64,000 nucleotides of DNA. It comes from the human T2T-CHM13v2.0 reference genome, Homo sapiens. The notes beneath the pieces are model-generated. The model saw only the letters and a list, made by a program, of their open reading frames with translations. It did not search any database and was not told the DNA's origin. Shown piece by piece: positions 48,431 to 64,000 of the stretch. The position numbers and the translations under genes were made by a program. The stretch lies in NCBI RefSeq assembly GCF_009914755.1, contig NC_060941.1, one strand, 5' to 3'. The first letter of the stretch is position 1. Every line of letters begins with the position of its first letter.

Positions 48431-49106
48431 CCCCGCACCTGAGCACCCCCGCATAACACCCCAGTCCCCTCTGGACCCTCTTCAAGGAAGTTCAGTTCTT
48501 TATTGGGCTCTCCACTACACTGTGAGTGCCCTCCTCAGGCGAGAGAACGTTCTGGCTCTTCTCTTGCCCCTTCAGCCCCTGTTAATCGGACAGAGATGGC
48601 AGGGCTGTGTCTCCACGGCCGGAGGCTCTCATAGTCAGGGCACCCACAGCGGTTCCCCACCTGCCTTCTGGGCAGAATACACTGCCACCCATAGGTCAGC
48701 ATCTCCACTCGTGGGCCATCTGCTTAGGTTGGGTTCCTCTGGATTCTGGGGAGATTGGGGGTTCTGTTTTGATCAGCTGATTCTTCTGGGAGCAAGTGGG
48801 TGCTCGCGAGCTCTCCAGCTTCCTAAAGGTGGAGAAGCACAGACTTCGGGGGCCTGGCCTGGATCCCTTTCCCCATTCCTGTCCCTGTGCCCCTCGTCTG
48901 GGTGCGTTAGGGCTGACATACAAAGCACCACAGTGAAAGAACAGCAGTATGCCTCCTCACTAGCCAGGTGTGGGCGGGTGGGTTTCTTCCAAGGCCTCTC
49001 TGTGGCCGTGGGTAGCCACCTCTGTCCTGCACCGCTGCAGTCTTCCCTCTGTGTGTGCTCCTGGTAGCTCTGCGCATGCTCATCTTCTTATAAGAACACC
49101 ATGGCA

Positions 49107-49453
<347 letters not shown>

Positions 49454-50907
49454 TCACTTAGTCACCTCTCTAAAGGCCCTGTCTCCAAATAGAGTCACAT
49501 TCTAAGGTACGGGGGTGTTGGGGAGGGGGGTTAGGGCTTCAACATGTGAATTTGCGGGGACCACAATTCAGCCCAGGACCCCGCTCCCGCCACCCAGCAC
49601 TGGGGAGCTGGGGAAGGGTGAAGAGGAGGCTGGGGGTGAGAAGGACCACAGCTCACTCTGAGGCTGCAGATGTGCTGGGCCTTCTGGGCACTGGGCCTCG
49701 GGGAGCTAGGGGGCTTTCTGGAACCCTGGGCCTGCGTGTCAGCTTGCCTCCCCCACGCAGGCGCTCTCCACACCATTGAAGTTCTTATCACTTGGGTCTG
49801 AGCCTGGGGCATTTGGACGGAGGGTGGCCACCAGTGCACATGGGCACCTTGCCTCAAACCCTGCCACCTCCCCCCACCCAGGATCCCCCCTGCCCCCGAA
49901 CAAGCTTGTGAGTGCAGTGTCACATCCCATCGGGATGGAAATGGACGGTCGGGTTAAAAGGGACGCATGTGTAGACCCTGCCTCTGTGCATCAGGCCTCT
50001 TTTGAGAGTCCCTGCGTGCCAGGCGGTGCACAGAGGTGGAGAAGACTCGGCTGTGCCCCAGAGCACCTCCTCTCATCGAGGAAAGGACAGACAGTGGCTC
50101 CCCTGTGGCTGTGGGGACAAGGGCAGAGCTCCCTGGAACACAGGAGGGAGGGAAGGAAGAGAACATCTCAGAATCTCCCTCCTGATGGCAAACGATCCGG
50201 GTTAAATTAAGGTCCGGCCTTTTCCTGCTCAGGCATGTGGAGCTTGTAGTGGAAGAGGCTCTCTGGACCCTCATCCACCACAGTGGCCTGGTTAGAGACC
50301 TTGGGGAAATAACTCACAGGTGACCCAGGGCCTCTGTCCTGTACCGCAGCTGAGGGAAACTGTCCTGCGCTTCCACTGGGGACAATGCGCTCCCTCGTCT
50401 CCAGACTTTCCAGTCCTCATTCGGTTCTCGAAAGTCGCCTCCAGAAGCCCCATCTTGGGACCACCGTGACTTTCATTCTCCAGGGTGCCTGGCCTTGGTG
50501 CTGCCCAAGACCCCAGAGGGGCCCTCACTGGCCTTTCCTGCCTTTTCTCCCATTGCCCACCCATGCACCCCCATCCTGCTCCAGCACCCAGACTGCCATC
50601 CAGGATCTCCTCAAGTCACATAACAAGCAGCACCCACAAGGTGCTCCCTTCCCCCTAGCCTGAATCTGCTGCTCCCCGTCTGGGGTTCCCCGCCCATGCA
50701 CCTCTGGGGGCCCCTGGGTTCTGCCATACCCTGCCCTGTGTCCCATGGTGGGGAATGTCCTTCTCTCCTTATCTCTTCCCTTCCCTTAAATCCAAGTTCA
50801 GTTGCCATCTCCTCCAGGAAGTCTTCCTGGATTCCCCTCTCTCTTCTTAAAGCCCCTGTAAACTCTGACCACACTGAGCATGTGTCTGCTGCTCCCTAGT
50901 CTGGGCC

Positions 50908-51294
50908 ATGAGTGAGGGTGGAGGCCAAGTCTCATGCATTTTTGCAGCCCCCACAAGACTGTGCAGGTGGCCGGCCCTCATTGAATGCGGGGTTAATTTA
51001 ACTCAGCCTCTGTGTGAGTGGATGATTCAGGTTGCCAGAGACAGAACCCTCAGCTTAGCATGGGAAGTAGCTTCCCTGTTGACCCTGAGTTCATCTGAGG
51101 TTGGCTTGGAAGGTGTGGGCACCATTTGGCCCAGTTCTTACAGCTCTGAAGAGAGCAGCAGGAATGGGGCTGAGCAGGGAAGACAACTTTCCATTGAAGG
51201 CCCCTTTCAGGGCCAGAACTGTCCCTCCCACCCTGCAGCTGCCCTGCCTCTGCCCATGAGGGGTGAGAGTCAGGCGACCTCATGCCAAGTGTAG
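50908..51294 (+). CDS. STH: Saitohin, intronless gene nested in MAPT intron 9 (Q7 allele)
   Basis: 128-aa ORF MSEGGGQVSCIFAAPTRLCRW...ATSCQV; gccATGa start. Confidence 0.96.
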   Translation: MSEGGGQVSCIFAAPTRLCRWPALIECGVNLTQPLCEWMIQVARDRTLSLAWEVASLLTLSSSEVGLEGVGTIWPSSYSSEESSRNGAEQGRQLSIEGPFQGQNCPSHPAAALPLPMRGESQATSCQV

Positions 51295-52576
51295 AAAGGG
51301 GCAGACGGGAGCCCCAGGTTATGACGTCACCATGCTGGGTGGAGGCAGCACGTCCAAATCTACTAAAGGGTTAAAGGAGAAAGGGTGACTTGACTTTTCT
51401 TGAGATATTTTGGGGGACGAAGTGTGGAAAAGTGGCAGAGGACACAGTCACAGCCTCCCTTAAATGCCAGGAAAGCCTAGAAAAATTGTCTGAAACTAAA
51501 CCTCAGCCATAACAAAGACCAACACATGAATCTCCAGGAAAAAAGAAAAAGAAAAATGTCATACAGGGTCCATGCACAAGAGCCTTTAAAATGACCCGCT
51601 GAAGGGTGTCAGGCCTCCTCCTCCTGGACTGGCCTGAAGGCTCCACGAGCTTTTGCTGAGACCTTTGGGTCCCTGTGGCCTCATGTAGTACCCAGTATGC
51701 AGTAAGTGCTCAATAAATGTTTGGCTACAAAAGAGGCAAAGCTGGCGGAGTCTGAAGAATCCCTCAACCGTGCCGGAACAGATGCTAACACCAAAGGGAA
51801 AAGAGCAGGAGCCAAGTCACGTTTGGGAACCTGCAGAGGCTGAAAACTGCCGCAGATTGCTGCAAATCATTGGGGGAAAAACGGAAAACGTCTGTTTTCC
51901 CCTTTGTGCTTTTCTCTGTTTTCTTCTTTGTGCTTTTCTCTGTTTTCAGGATTTGCTACAGTGAACATAGATTGCTTTGGGGCCCCAAATGGAATTATTT
52001 TGAAAGGAAAATGCAGATAATCAGGTGGCCGCACTGGAGCACCAGCTGGGTAGGGGTAGAGATTGCAGGCAAGGAGGAGGAGCTGGGTGGGGTGCCAGGC
52101 AGGAAGAGCCCGTAGGCCCCGCCGATCTTGTGGGAGTCGTGGGTGGCAGTGTTCCCTCCAGACTGTAAAAGGGAGCACCTGGCGGGAAGAGGGAATTCTT
52201 TTAAACATCATTCCAGTGCCCGAGCCTCCTGGACCTGTTGTCATCTTGAGGTGGGCCTCCCCTGGGTGACTCTAGTGTGCAGCCTGGCTGAGACTCAGTG
52301 GCCCTGGGTTCTTACTGCTGACACCTACCCTCAACCTCAACCACTGCGGCCTCCTGTGCACCCTGATCCAGTGGCTCATTTTCCACTTTCAGTCCCAGCT
52401 CTATCCCTATTTGCAGTTTCCAAGTGCCTGGTCCTCAGTCAGCTCAGACCCAGCCAGGCCAGCCCCTGGTTCCCACATCCCCTTTGCCAAGCTCATCCCC
52501 GCCCTGTTTGGCCTGCGGGAGTGGGAGTGTGTCCAGACACAGAGACAAAGGACCAGCTTTTAAAACATTTTGTTGG

Positions 52577-53303
52577 GGCCAGGTGTGGTGGCTCACACCT
52601 AATCCCAACACCTAGGGAGGCCAAGGCAGAAGGATCACTTGAGTCCAGGAGTTCAAGACCAGCCTGGGCAACATAGGGAGACCCTGTCTCTACAATTTTT
52701 TTTTTAATTAGCTGGGCCTGTTGGCACTCTCCTGTAGTTCCAGCTACTCTAGAGGCTGAGGTGGGAGGACTGCTTGAGCCTGGGAGGTCAGGGCTGCAAT
52801 GAGCCATGTTCACACCACTGAACGCCAGCCTGGGCGAGACCCTGTATCAAAAAAGTAAAGTAAAATGAATCCTGTACGTTATATTAAGGTGCCCCAAATT
52901 GTACTTAGAAGGATTTCATAGTTTTAAATACTTTTGTTATTTAAAAAATTAAATGACTGCAGCATATAAATTAGGTTCTTAATGGAGGGGAAAAAGAGTA
53001 CAAGAAAAGAAATAAGAATCTAGAAACAAAGATAAGAGCAGAAATAAACCAGAAAACACAACCTTGCACTCCTAACTTAAAAAAAAAAATGAAGAAAACA
53101 CAACCAGTAAAACAACATATAACAGCATTAAGAGCTGGCTCCTGGCTGGGCGCGGTGGCGCATGCCTGTAATCCCAACACTTTGGGAGGCCGATGCTGGA
53201 GGATCACTTGAGACCAGGAGTTCAAGGTTGCAGTGAGCTATGATCATACCACTACACCCTAGCCTGGGCAACACAGTGAGACTGAGACTCTATTAAAAAA
53301 AAA
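52577..53303 (+). mobile_element. AluJ (52577-52865) and Alu monomer (53145-53303)
   Basis: Consensus matches. Confidence 0.85.
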
Positions 53304-54422
53304 ATGCTGGTTCCTTCCTTATTTCATTCCTTTATTCATTCATTCAGACAACATTTATGGGGCACTTCTGAGCACCAGGCTCTGTGCTAAGAGCTTTTGC
53401 CCCCAGGGTCCAGGCCAGGGGACAGGGGCAGGTGAGCAGAGAAACAGGGCCAGTCACAGCAGCAGGAGGAATGTAGGATGGAGAGCTTGGCCAGGCAAGG
53501 ACATGCAGGGGGAGCAGCCTGCACAAGTCAGCAAGCCAGAGAAGACAGGCAGACCCTTGTTTGGGACCTGTTCAGTGGCCTTTGAAAGGACAGCCCCCAC
53601 CCGGAGTGCTGGGTGCAGGAGCTGAAGGAGGATAGTGGAACACTGCAACGTGGAGCTCTTCAGAGCAAAAGCAAAATAAACAACTGGAGGCAGCTGGGGC
53701 AGCAGAGGGTGTGTGTTCAGCACTAAGGGGTGTGAAGCTTGAGCGCTAGGAGAGTTCACACTGGCAGAAGAGAGGTTGGGGCAGCTGCAAGCCTCTGGAC
53801 ATCGCCCGACAGGACAGAGGGTGGTGGACGGTGGCCCTGAAGAGAGGCTCAGTTCAGCTGGCAGTGGCCGTGGGAGTGCTGAAGCAGGCAGGCTGTCGGC
53901 ATCTGCTGGGGACGGTTAAGCAGGGGTGAGGGCCCAGCCTCAGCAGCCCTTCTTGGGGGGTCGCTGGGAAACATAGAGGAGAACTGAAGAAGCAGGGAGT
54001 CCCAGGGTCCATGCAGGGCGAGAGAGAAGTTGCTCATGTGGGGCCCAGGCTGCAGGATCAGGAGAACTGGGGACCCTGTGACTGCCAGCGGGGAGAAGGG
54101 GGTGTGCAGGATCATGCCCAGGGAAGGGCCCAGGGGCCCAAGCATGGGGGGGCCTGGTTGGCTCTGAGAAGATGGAGCTAAAGTCACTTTCTCGGAGGAT
54201 GTCCAGGCCAATAGTTGGGATGTGAAGACGTGAAGCAGCACAGAGCCTGGAAGCCCAGGATGGACAGAAACCTACCTGAGCAGTGGGGCTTTGAAAGCCT
54301 TGGGGCGGGGGGTGCAATATTCAAGATGGCCACAAGATGGCAATAGAATGCTGTAACTTTCTTGGTTCTGGGCCGCAGCCTGGGTGGCTGCTTCCTTCCC
54401 TGTGTGTATTGATTTGTTTCTC

Positions 54423-55207
<785 letters not shown>

Positions 55208-56267
55208 TAAAAATACATTATATTTAATAGCAAAGCCCCAGTTGTCACTTTAAAAAGCATCTATGTAGAACATTTATGTGGAATAAATACAGTGAATTTG
55301 TACGTGGAATCGTTTGCCTCTCCTCAATCAGGGCCAGGGATGCAGGTGAGCTTGGGCTGAGATGTCAGACCCCACAGTAAGTGGGGGGCAGAGCCAGGCT
55401 GGGACCCTCCTCTAGGACAGCTCTGTAACTCTGAGACCCTCCAGGCATCTTTTCCTGTACCTCAGTGCTTCTGAAAAATCTGTGTGAATCAAATCATTTT
55501 AAAGGAGCTTGGGTTCATCACTGTTTAAAGGACAGTGTAAATAATTCTGAAGGTGACTCTACCCTGTTATTTGATCTCTTCTTTGGCCAGCTGACTTAAC
55601 AGGACATAGACAGGTTTTCCTGTGTCAGTTCCTAAGCTGATCACCTTGGACTTGAAGAGGAGGCTTGTGTGGGCATCCAGTGCCCACCCCGGGTTAAACT
55701 CCCAGCAGAGTATTGCACTGGGCTTGCTGAGCCTGGTGAGGCAAAGCACAGCACAGCGAGCACCAGGCAGTGCTGGAGACAGGCCAAGTCTGGGCCAGCC
55801 TGGGAGCCAACTGTGAGGCACGGACGGGGCTGTGGGGCTGTGGGGCTGCAGGCTTGGGGCCAGGGAGGGAGGGCTGGGCTCTTTGGAACAGCCTTGAGAG
55901 AACTGAACCCAAACAAAACCAGATCAAGGTCTAGTGAGAGCTTAGGGCTGCTTTGGGTGCTCCAGGAAATTGATTAAACCAAGTGGACACACACCCCCAG
56001 CCCCACCTCACCACAGCCTCTCCTTCAGGGTCAAACTCTGACCACAGACATTTCTCCCCTGACTAGGAGTTCCCTGGATCAAAATTGGGAGCTTGCAACA
56101 CATCGTTCTCTCCCTTGATGGTTTTTGTCAGTGTCTATCCAGAGCTGAAGTGTAATATATATGTTACTGTAGCTGAGAAATTAAATTTCAGGATTCTGAT
56201 TTCATAATGACAACCATTCCTCTTTTCTCTCCCTTCTGTAAATCTAAGATTCTATAAACGGTGTTGA

Positions 56268-56711
<444 letters not shown>

Positions 56712-57766
56712 AGAAAAAAACATTTCTAAGTATGTGGCAGATACTGAATTATTGCTTAATGTCCTTTGATTCATTTGTTTAATTTCTTTAATGGATTAGT
56801 ACAGAAAACAAAGTTCTCTTCCTTGAAAAACTGGTAAGTTTTCTTTGTCAGATAAGGAGAGTTAAATAACCCATGACATTTCCCTTTTTGCCTCGGCTTC
56901 CAGGAAGCTCAAAGTTAAATGTAATGATCACTCTTGTAATTATCAGTGTTGATGCCCTTCCCTTCTTCTAATGTTACTCTTTACATTTTCCTGCTTTATT
57001 ATTGTGTGTGTTTTCTAATTCTAAGCTGTTCCCACTCCTTTCTGAAAGCAGGCAAATCTTCTAAGCCTTATCCACTGAAAAGTTATGAATAAAAAATGAT
57101 CGTCAAGCCTACAGGTGCTGAGGCTACTCCAGAGGCTGAGGCCAGAGGACCACTTGAGCCCAGGAATTTGAGACCTGGGCTGGGCAGCATAGCAAGACTC
57201 TATCTCCATTAAAACTATTTTTTTTTATTTAAAAAATAATCCGCAAAGAAGGAGTTTATGTGGGATTCCTTAAAATCGGAGGGTGGCATGAATTGATTCA
57301 AAGACTTGTGCAGAGGGCGACAGTGACTCCTTGAGAAGCAGTGTGAGAAAGCCTGTCCCACCTCCTTCCGCAGCTCCAGCCTGGGCTGAGGCACTGTCAC
57401 AGTGTCTCCTTGCTGGCAGGAGAGAATTTCAACATTCACCAAAAAGTAGTATTGTTTTTATTAGGTTTATGAGGCTGTAGCCTTGAGGACAGCCCAGGAC
57501 AACTTTGTTGTCACATAGATAGCCTGTGGCTACAAACTCTGAGATCTAGATTCTTCTGTGGCTGCTTCTGACCTGAGAAAGTTGCGGAACCTCAGCGAGC
57601 CTCACATGGCCTCCTTGTCCTTAACGTGGGGACGGTGGGCAAGAAAGGTGATGTGGCACTAGAGATTTATCCATCTCTAAAGGAGGAGTGGATTGTACAT
57701 TGAAACACCAGAGAAGGAATTACAAAGGAAGAATTTGAGTATCTAAAAATGTAGGTCAGGCGCTCC

Positions 57767-59157
<1,391 letters not shown>

Positions 59158-59620
59158 TGTAAATATGTGCATGTTAGAAAAAATACACCCATCAGCAAAA
59201 AGGGGGTAAAGGAGCGATTTCAGTCATAATTGGAGAGATGCAGAATAAGCCAGCAATGCAGTTTCTTTTATTTTGGTCAAAAAAAATAAGCAAAACAATG
59301 TTGTAAACACCCAGTGCTGGCAGCAATGTGGTGAGGCTGGCTCTCTCACCAGGGCTCACAGGGAAAACTCATGCAACCCTTTTAGAAAGCCATGTGGAGA
59401 GTTGTACCGAGAGGTTTTAGAATATTTATAACTTTGACCCAGAAATTCTATTCTAGGACTCTGTGTTATGAAAATAACCCATCATATGGAAAAAGCTCCT
59501 TTCAGAAAGAGGTTCATGGGAGGCTGTTTGTATTTTTTTTTTCTTTGCATCAAATCCAGCTCCTGCAGGACTGTTTGTATTATTGAAGTACAAAGTGGAA
59601 TCAATACAAATGTTGGATAG

Positions 59621-60033
<413 letters not shown>

Positions 60034-60552
60034 TAGAGCAAGATACAAAATTGCATGTGCACAATAATTCTACCAAGTATAGGTATACAGGGGTAGTTAT
60101 ATATAAATGAGACTTCAAGGAAATACAACAAAATGCAATCGTGATTGTGTTAGGGTGGTAAGAAAACGGTTTTTGCTTTGATGAGCTCTGTTTTTTAAAA
60201 TCGTTATATTTTCTAATAAAAATACATAGTCTTTTGAAGGAACATAAAAGATTATGAAGAAATGAGTTAGATATTGATTCCTATTGAAGATTCAGACAAG
60301 TAAAATTAAGGGGAAAAAAAACGGGATGAACCAGAAGTCAGGCTGGAGTTCCAACCCCAGATCCGACAGCCCAGGCTGATGGGGCCTCCAGGGCAGTGGT
60401 TTCCACCCAGCATTCTCAAAAGAGCCACTGAGGTCTCAGTGCCATTTTCAAGATTTCGGAAGCGGCCTGGGCACGGCTGGTCCTTCACTGGGATCACCAC
60501 TTGGCAATTATTTACACCTGAGACGAATAAAAACCAGAGTGCTGAGATTACA

Positions 60553-60853
60553 GGCATGGTGGCTTACGCTTGTAATCGGCTTTGGGAAGCCGAGGTGGGC
60601 TGATTGCTTGAGCCCAGGAGTTTCAAACTATCCTGGACAACATAGCATGACCTCGTCTCTACAAAAAATACAAAAAATTTGCCAGGTGTGGTGGCATGTG
60701 CCTGTGGTCCCAGCTACTTGGGAGGCTGAAGTAGGAGAATCCCCTGAGCCCTGGGAAGTCGAGGCTGCACTGAGCCGTGATGGTGTCACTGCACTCCAGC
60801 CTGGGTGACAAAGTGAGACCCTATCTCACAAAGAAAAAAAACAAAACAAAAAA
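60553..60853 (+). mobile_element. AluJ-like
   Basis: Consensus match. Confidence 0.88.
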
Positions 60854-60986
60854 CCCAAAGCACACTGTTTCCACTGTTTCCAGAGTTCCTGAGAGGAAAG
60901 GTCACCGGGTGAGGAAGACGTTCTCACTGATCTGGCAGAGAAAATGTCCAGTTTTTCCAACTCCCTAAACCATGGTTTTCTATTTC

Positions 60987-61224
60987 ATAGTTCTTAGGCA
61001 AATTGGTAAAAATCATTTCTCATCAAAACGCTGATATTTTCACACCTCCCTGGTGTCTGCAGAAAGAACCTTCCAGAAATGCAGTCGTGGGAGACCCATC
61101 CAGGCCACCCCTGCTTATGGAAGAGCTGAGAAAAAGCCCCACGGGAGCATTTGCTCAGCTTCCGTTACGCACCTAGTGGCATTGTGGGTGGGAGAGGGCT
61201 GGTGGGTGGATGGAAGGAGAAGGC
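60987..61224. other. H1-specific 238-bp intron 9 segment (deleted on H2), present here
   Basis: Recalled primer sites GGAAGACGTTCTCACTGATCTG (60913) and GAGAGACTGAAGCCAGACTCCT (ends 61396) span 484 bp, the H1 size. Breakpoints approximate. Confidence 0.8.
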
Positions 61225-61317
61225 ACAGCCCCCCCTTGCAGGGACAGAGCCCTCGTACAGAAGGGACACCCCACATTTGTCTTCCCCACAAAGCGGCCTG
61301 TGTCCTGCCTACGGGGT

Positions 61318-61480
61318 CAGGGCTTCTCAAACCTGGCTGTGTGTCAGAATCACCAGGGGAACTTTTCAAAACTAGAGAGACTGAAGCCAGACTCCTAGAT
61401 TCTAATTCTAGGTCAGGGCTAGGGGCTGAGATTGTAAAAATCCACAGGTGATTCTGATGCCCGGCAGGCTTGAGAACAGC
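61318..61480. mobile_element. MER5-like DNA transposon remnant
   Basis: Inverted ends ttctcaaacctgg / caggcttgagaa; internal agaatcacc and aggtgattctgatg. Confidence 0.7.
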
Positions 61481-61798
61481 CGCAGGGAGTTCTCTGGGAA
61501 TGTGCCGGTGGGTCTAGCCAGGTGTGAGTGGAGATGCCGGGGAACTTCCTATTACTCACTCGTCAGTGTGGCCGAACACATTTTTCACTTGACCTCAGGC
61601 TGGTGAACGCTCCCCTCTGGGGTTCAGGCCTCACGATGCCATCCTTTTGTGAAGTGAGGACCTGCAATCCCAGCTTCGTAAAGCCCGCTGGAAATCACTC
61701 ACACTTCTGGGATGCCTTCAGAGCAGCCCTCTATCCCTTCAGCTCCCCTGGGATGTGACTCAACCTCCCGTCACTCCCCAGACTGCCTCTGCCAAGTC

Positions 61799-61917
61799 CG
61801 AAAGTGGAGGCATCCTTGCGAGCAAGTAGGCGGGTCCAGGGTGGCGCATGTCACTCATCGAAAGTGGAGGCGTCCTTGCGAGCAAGCAGGCGGGTCCAGG
61901 GTGGCGTGTCACTCATC
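61799..61917. repeat. ~60-bp direct duplication abutting the exon 10 polypyrimidine tract
   Basis: Two copies of CGAAAGTGGAGGCRTCCTTGCGAGCAAGYAGGCGGGTCCAGGGTGGCG..TGTCACTCAT. Confidence 0.95.
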
Positions 61918-61937
61918 CTTTTTTCTGGCTACCAAAG

Positions 61938-62030
61938 GTGCAGATAATTAATAAGAAGCTGGATCTTAGCAACGTCCAGTCCAAGTGTGGCTCAAAGGAT
62001 AATATCAAACACGTCCCGGGAGGCGGCAGT
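61938..62030 (+). CDS. MAPT: MAPT exon 10 (repeat R2, 4R tau)
   Basis: accaaAG/GTGAGT, 93 nt, [32 protein letters not shown]279, K280, L284, N296, P301 and S305 are wild type. Confidence 0.99.
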
Positions 62031-62049
62031 GTGAGTACCTTCACACGTC
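62025..62049 (+). promoter_or_regulatory. Exon 10 5' splice-site stem-loop (wild type)
   Basis: GGCAGTGTGA-gtacct-TCACACGTC; positions +3, +11 to +16 carry wild-type bases. Confidence 0.95.
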
Positions 62050-62594
62050 CCATGCGCCGTGCTGTGGCTTGAATTATTAGGAAGTGGTGTGAGTGCGTAC
62101 ACTTGCGAGACACTGCATAGAATAAATCCTTCTTGGGCTCTCAGGATCTGGCTGCGACCTCTGGGTGAATGTAGCCCGGCTCCCCACATTCCCCCACACG
62201 GTCCACTGTTCCCAGAAGCCCCTTCCTCATATTCTAGGAGGGGGTGTCCCAGCATTTCTGGGTCCCCCAGCCTGCGCAGGCTGTGTGGACAGAATAGGGC
62301 AGATGACGGACCCTCTCTCCGGACCCTGCCTGGGAAGCTGAGAATACCCATCAAAGTCTCCTTCCACTCATGCCCAGCCCTGTCCCCAGGAGCCCCATAG
62401 CCCATTGGAAGTTGGGCTGAAGGTGGTGGCACCTGAGACTGGGCTGCCGCCTCCTCCCCCGACACCTGGGCAGGTTGACGTTGAGTGGCTCCACTGTGGA
62501 CAGGTGACCCGTTTGTTCTGATGAGCGGACACCAAGGTCTTACTGTCCTGCTCAGCTGCTGCTCCTACACGTTCAAGGCAGGAGCCGATTCCTA

Positions 62595-63030
<436 letters not shown>

Positions 63031-63940
63031 AATCATATAATAATTTTAAAATAAATAGATTTGGCTTCCTCTAAATGTCCCCGGGGACTCCGTGCATCTT
63101 CTGTGGAGTGTCTCCGTGAGATTCGGGACTCAGATCCTCAAGTGCAACTGACCCACCCGATAAGCTGAGGCTTCATCATCCCCTGGCCGGTCTATGTCGA
63201 CTGGGCACCCGAGGCTCCTCTCCCACCAGCTCTCTTGGTCAGCTGAAAGCAAACTGTTAACACCCTGGGGAGCTGGACGTATGAGACCCTTGGGGTGGGA
63301 GGCGTTGATTTTTGAGAGCAATCACCTGGCCCTGGCTGGCAGTACCGGGACACTGCTGTGGCTCCGGGGTGGGCTGTCTCCAGAAAATGCCTGGCCTGAG
63401 GCAGCCACCCGCATCCAGCCCAGAGGGTTTATTCTTGCAATGTGCTGCTGCTTCCTGCCCTGAGCACCTGGATCCCGGCTTCTGCCCTGAGGCCCCTTGA
63501 GTCCCACAGGTAGCAAGCGCTTGCCCTGCGGCTGCTGCATGGGGCTAACTAACGCTTCCTCACCAGTGTCTGCTAAGTGTCTCCTCTGTCTCCCACGCCC
63601 TGCTCTCCTGTCCCCCCAGTTTGTCTGCTGTGAGGGGACAGAAGAGGTGTGTGCCGCCCCCACCCCTGCCCGGGCCCTTGTTCCTGGGATTGCTGTTTTC
63701 AGCTGTTTGAGCTTTGATCCTGGTTCTCTGGCTTCCTCAAAGTGAGCTCGGCCAGAGGAGGAAGGCCATGTGCTTTCTGGTTGAAGTCAAGTCTGGTGCC
63801 CTGGTGGAGGCTGTGCTGCTGAGGCGGAGCTGGGGAGAGAGTGCACACGGGCTGCGTGGCCAACCCCTCTGGGTAGCTGATGCCCAAAGACGCTGCAGTG
63901 CCCAGGACATCTGGGACCTCCCTGGGGCCCGCCCGTGTGT

Positions 63941-64000
63941 CCCGCGCTGTGTTCATCTGCGGGCTAGCCTGTGACCCGCGCTGTGCTCGTCTGCGGGCTA
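63941..64000. repeat. 34-bp CpG-rich tandem repeat, cut by the window end
   Basis: CCCGCGCTGTG.TC.TCTGCGGGCTA at 63941 and 63975. Confidence 0.8.

Noticed and set aside
60536-60580. Small fold-back at the 5' end of an Alu
   Set aside because: Short, imperfect, Alu-internal; no evidence of function.
61938-62049. Pathogenic FTDP-17 variants in exon 10 / intron 10
   Set aside because: Checked codons and intron positions are wild type.

Overview
Human genomic DNA from the MAPT (tau) gene on the + strand. The window runs from the distal part of the long 5'-UTR intron (intron 0/-1) through exons 1, 2, 3, 4, 4A (short and long acceptors), 5, 6 (with 6p/6d acceptors), 7, 8, 9 and 10 into intron 10. 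The nested single-exon gene STH (saitohin) lies in intron 9. All exon boundaries are canonical AG/GT and translate to tau. Marker alleles indicate the H1 clade: intron 9 238-bp segment present, STH Q7, A227 GCA, N255 AAT, (TG)11. Exon 10 and its stem-loop are wild type. Introns are Alu-rich, with L1, MIR, MER and MaLR remnants. I found no foreign or engineered insert. Most noteworthy: (1) a perfect 35-nt 5' U2 snRNA retrocopy in sense orientation with a 17-bp TSD; (2) a ~1.1-kb almost G-free YCAY (NOVA-motif) array upstream of exon 2; (3) a zero-spacer inverted Alu pair inside one TSD, apparently made by a local inversion; (4) an intron 3 AUG in frame with exon 4; (5) a duplicated branch-point unit before exon 10 and an intronic AATAAA after it; (6) an NRF2/AP-1 element in a CpG-rich patch. 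rsIDs and literature links are from memory and need checking. Repeat boundaries are approximate.
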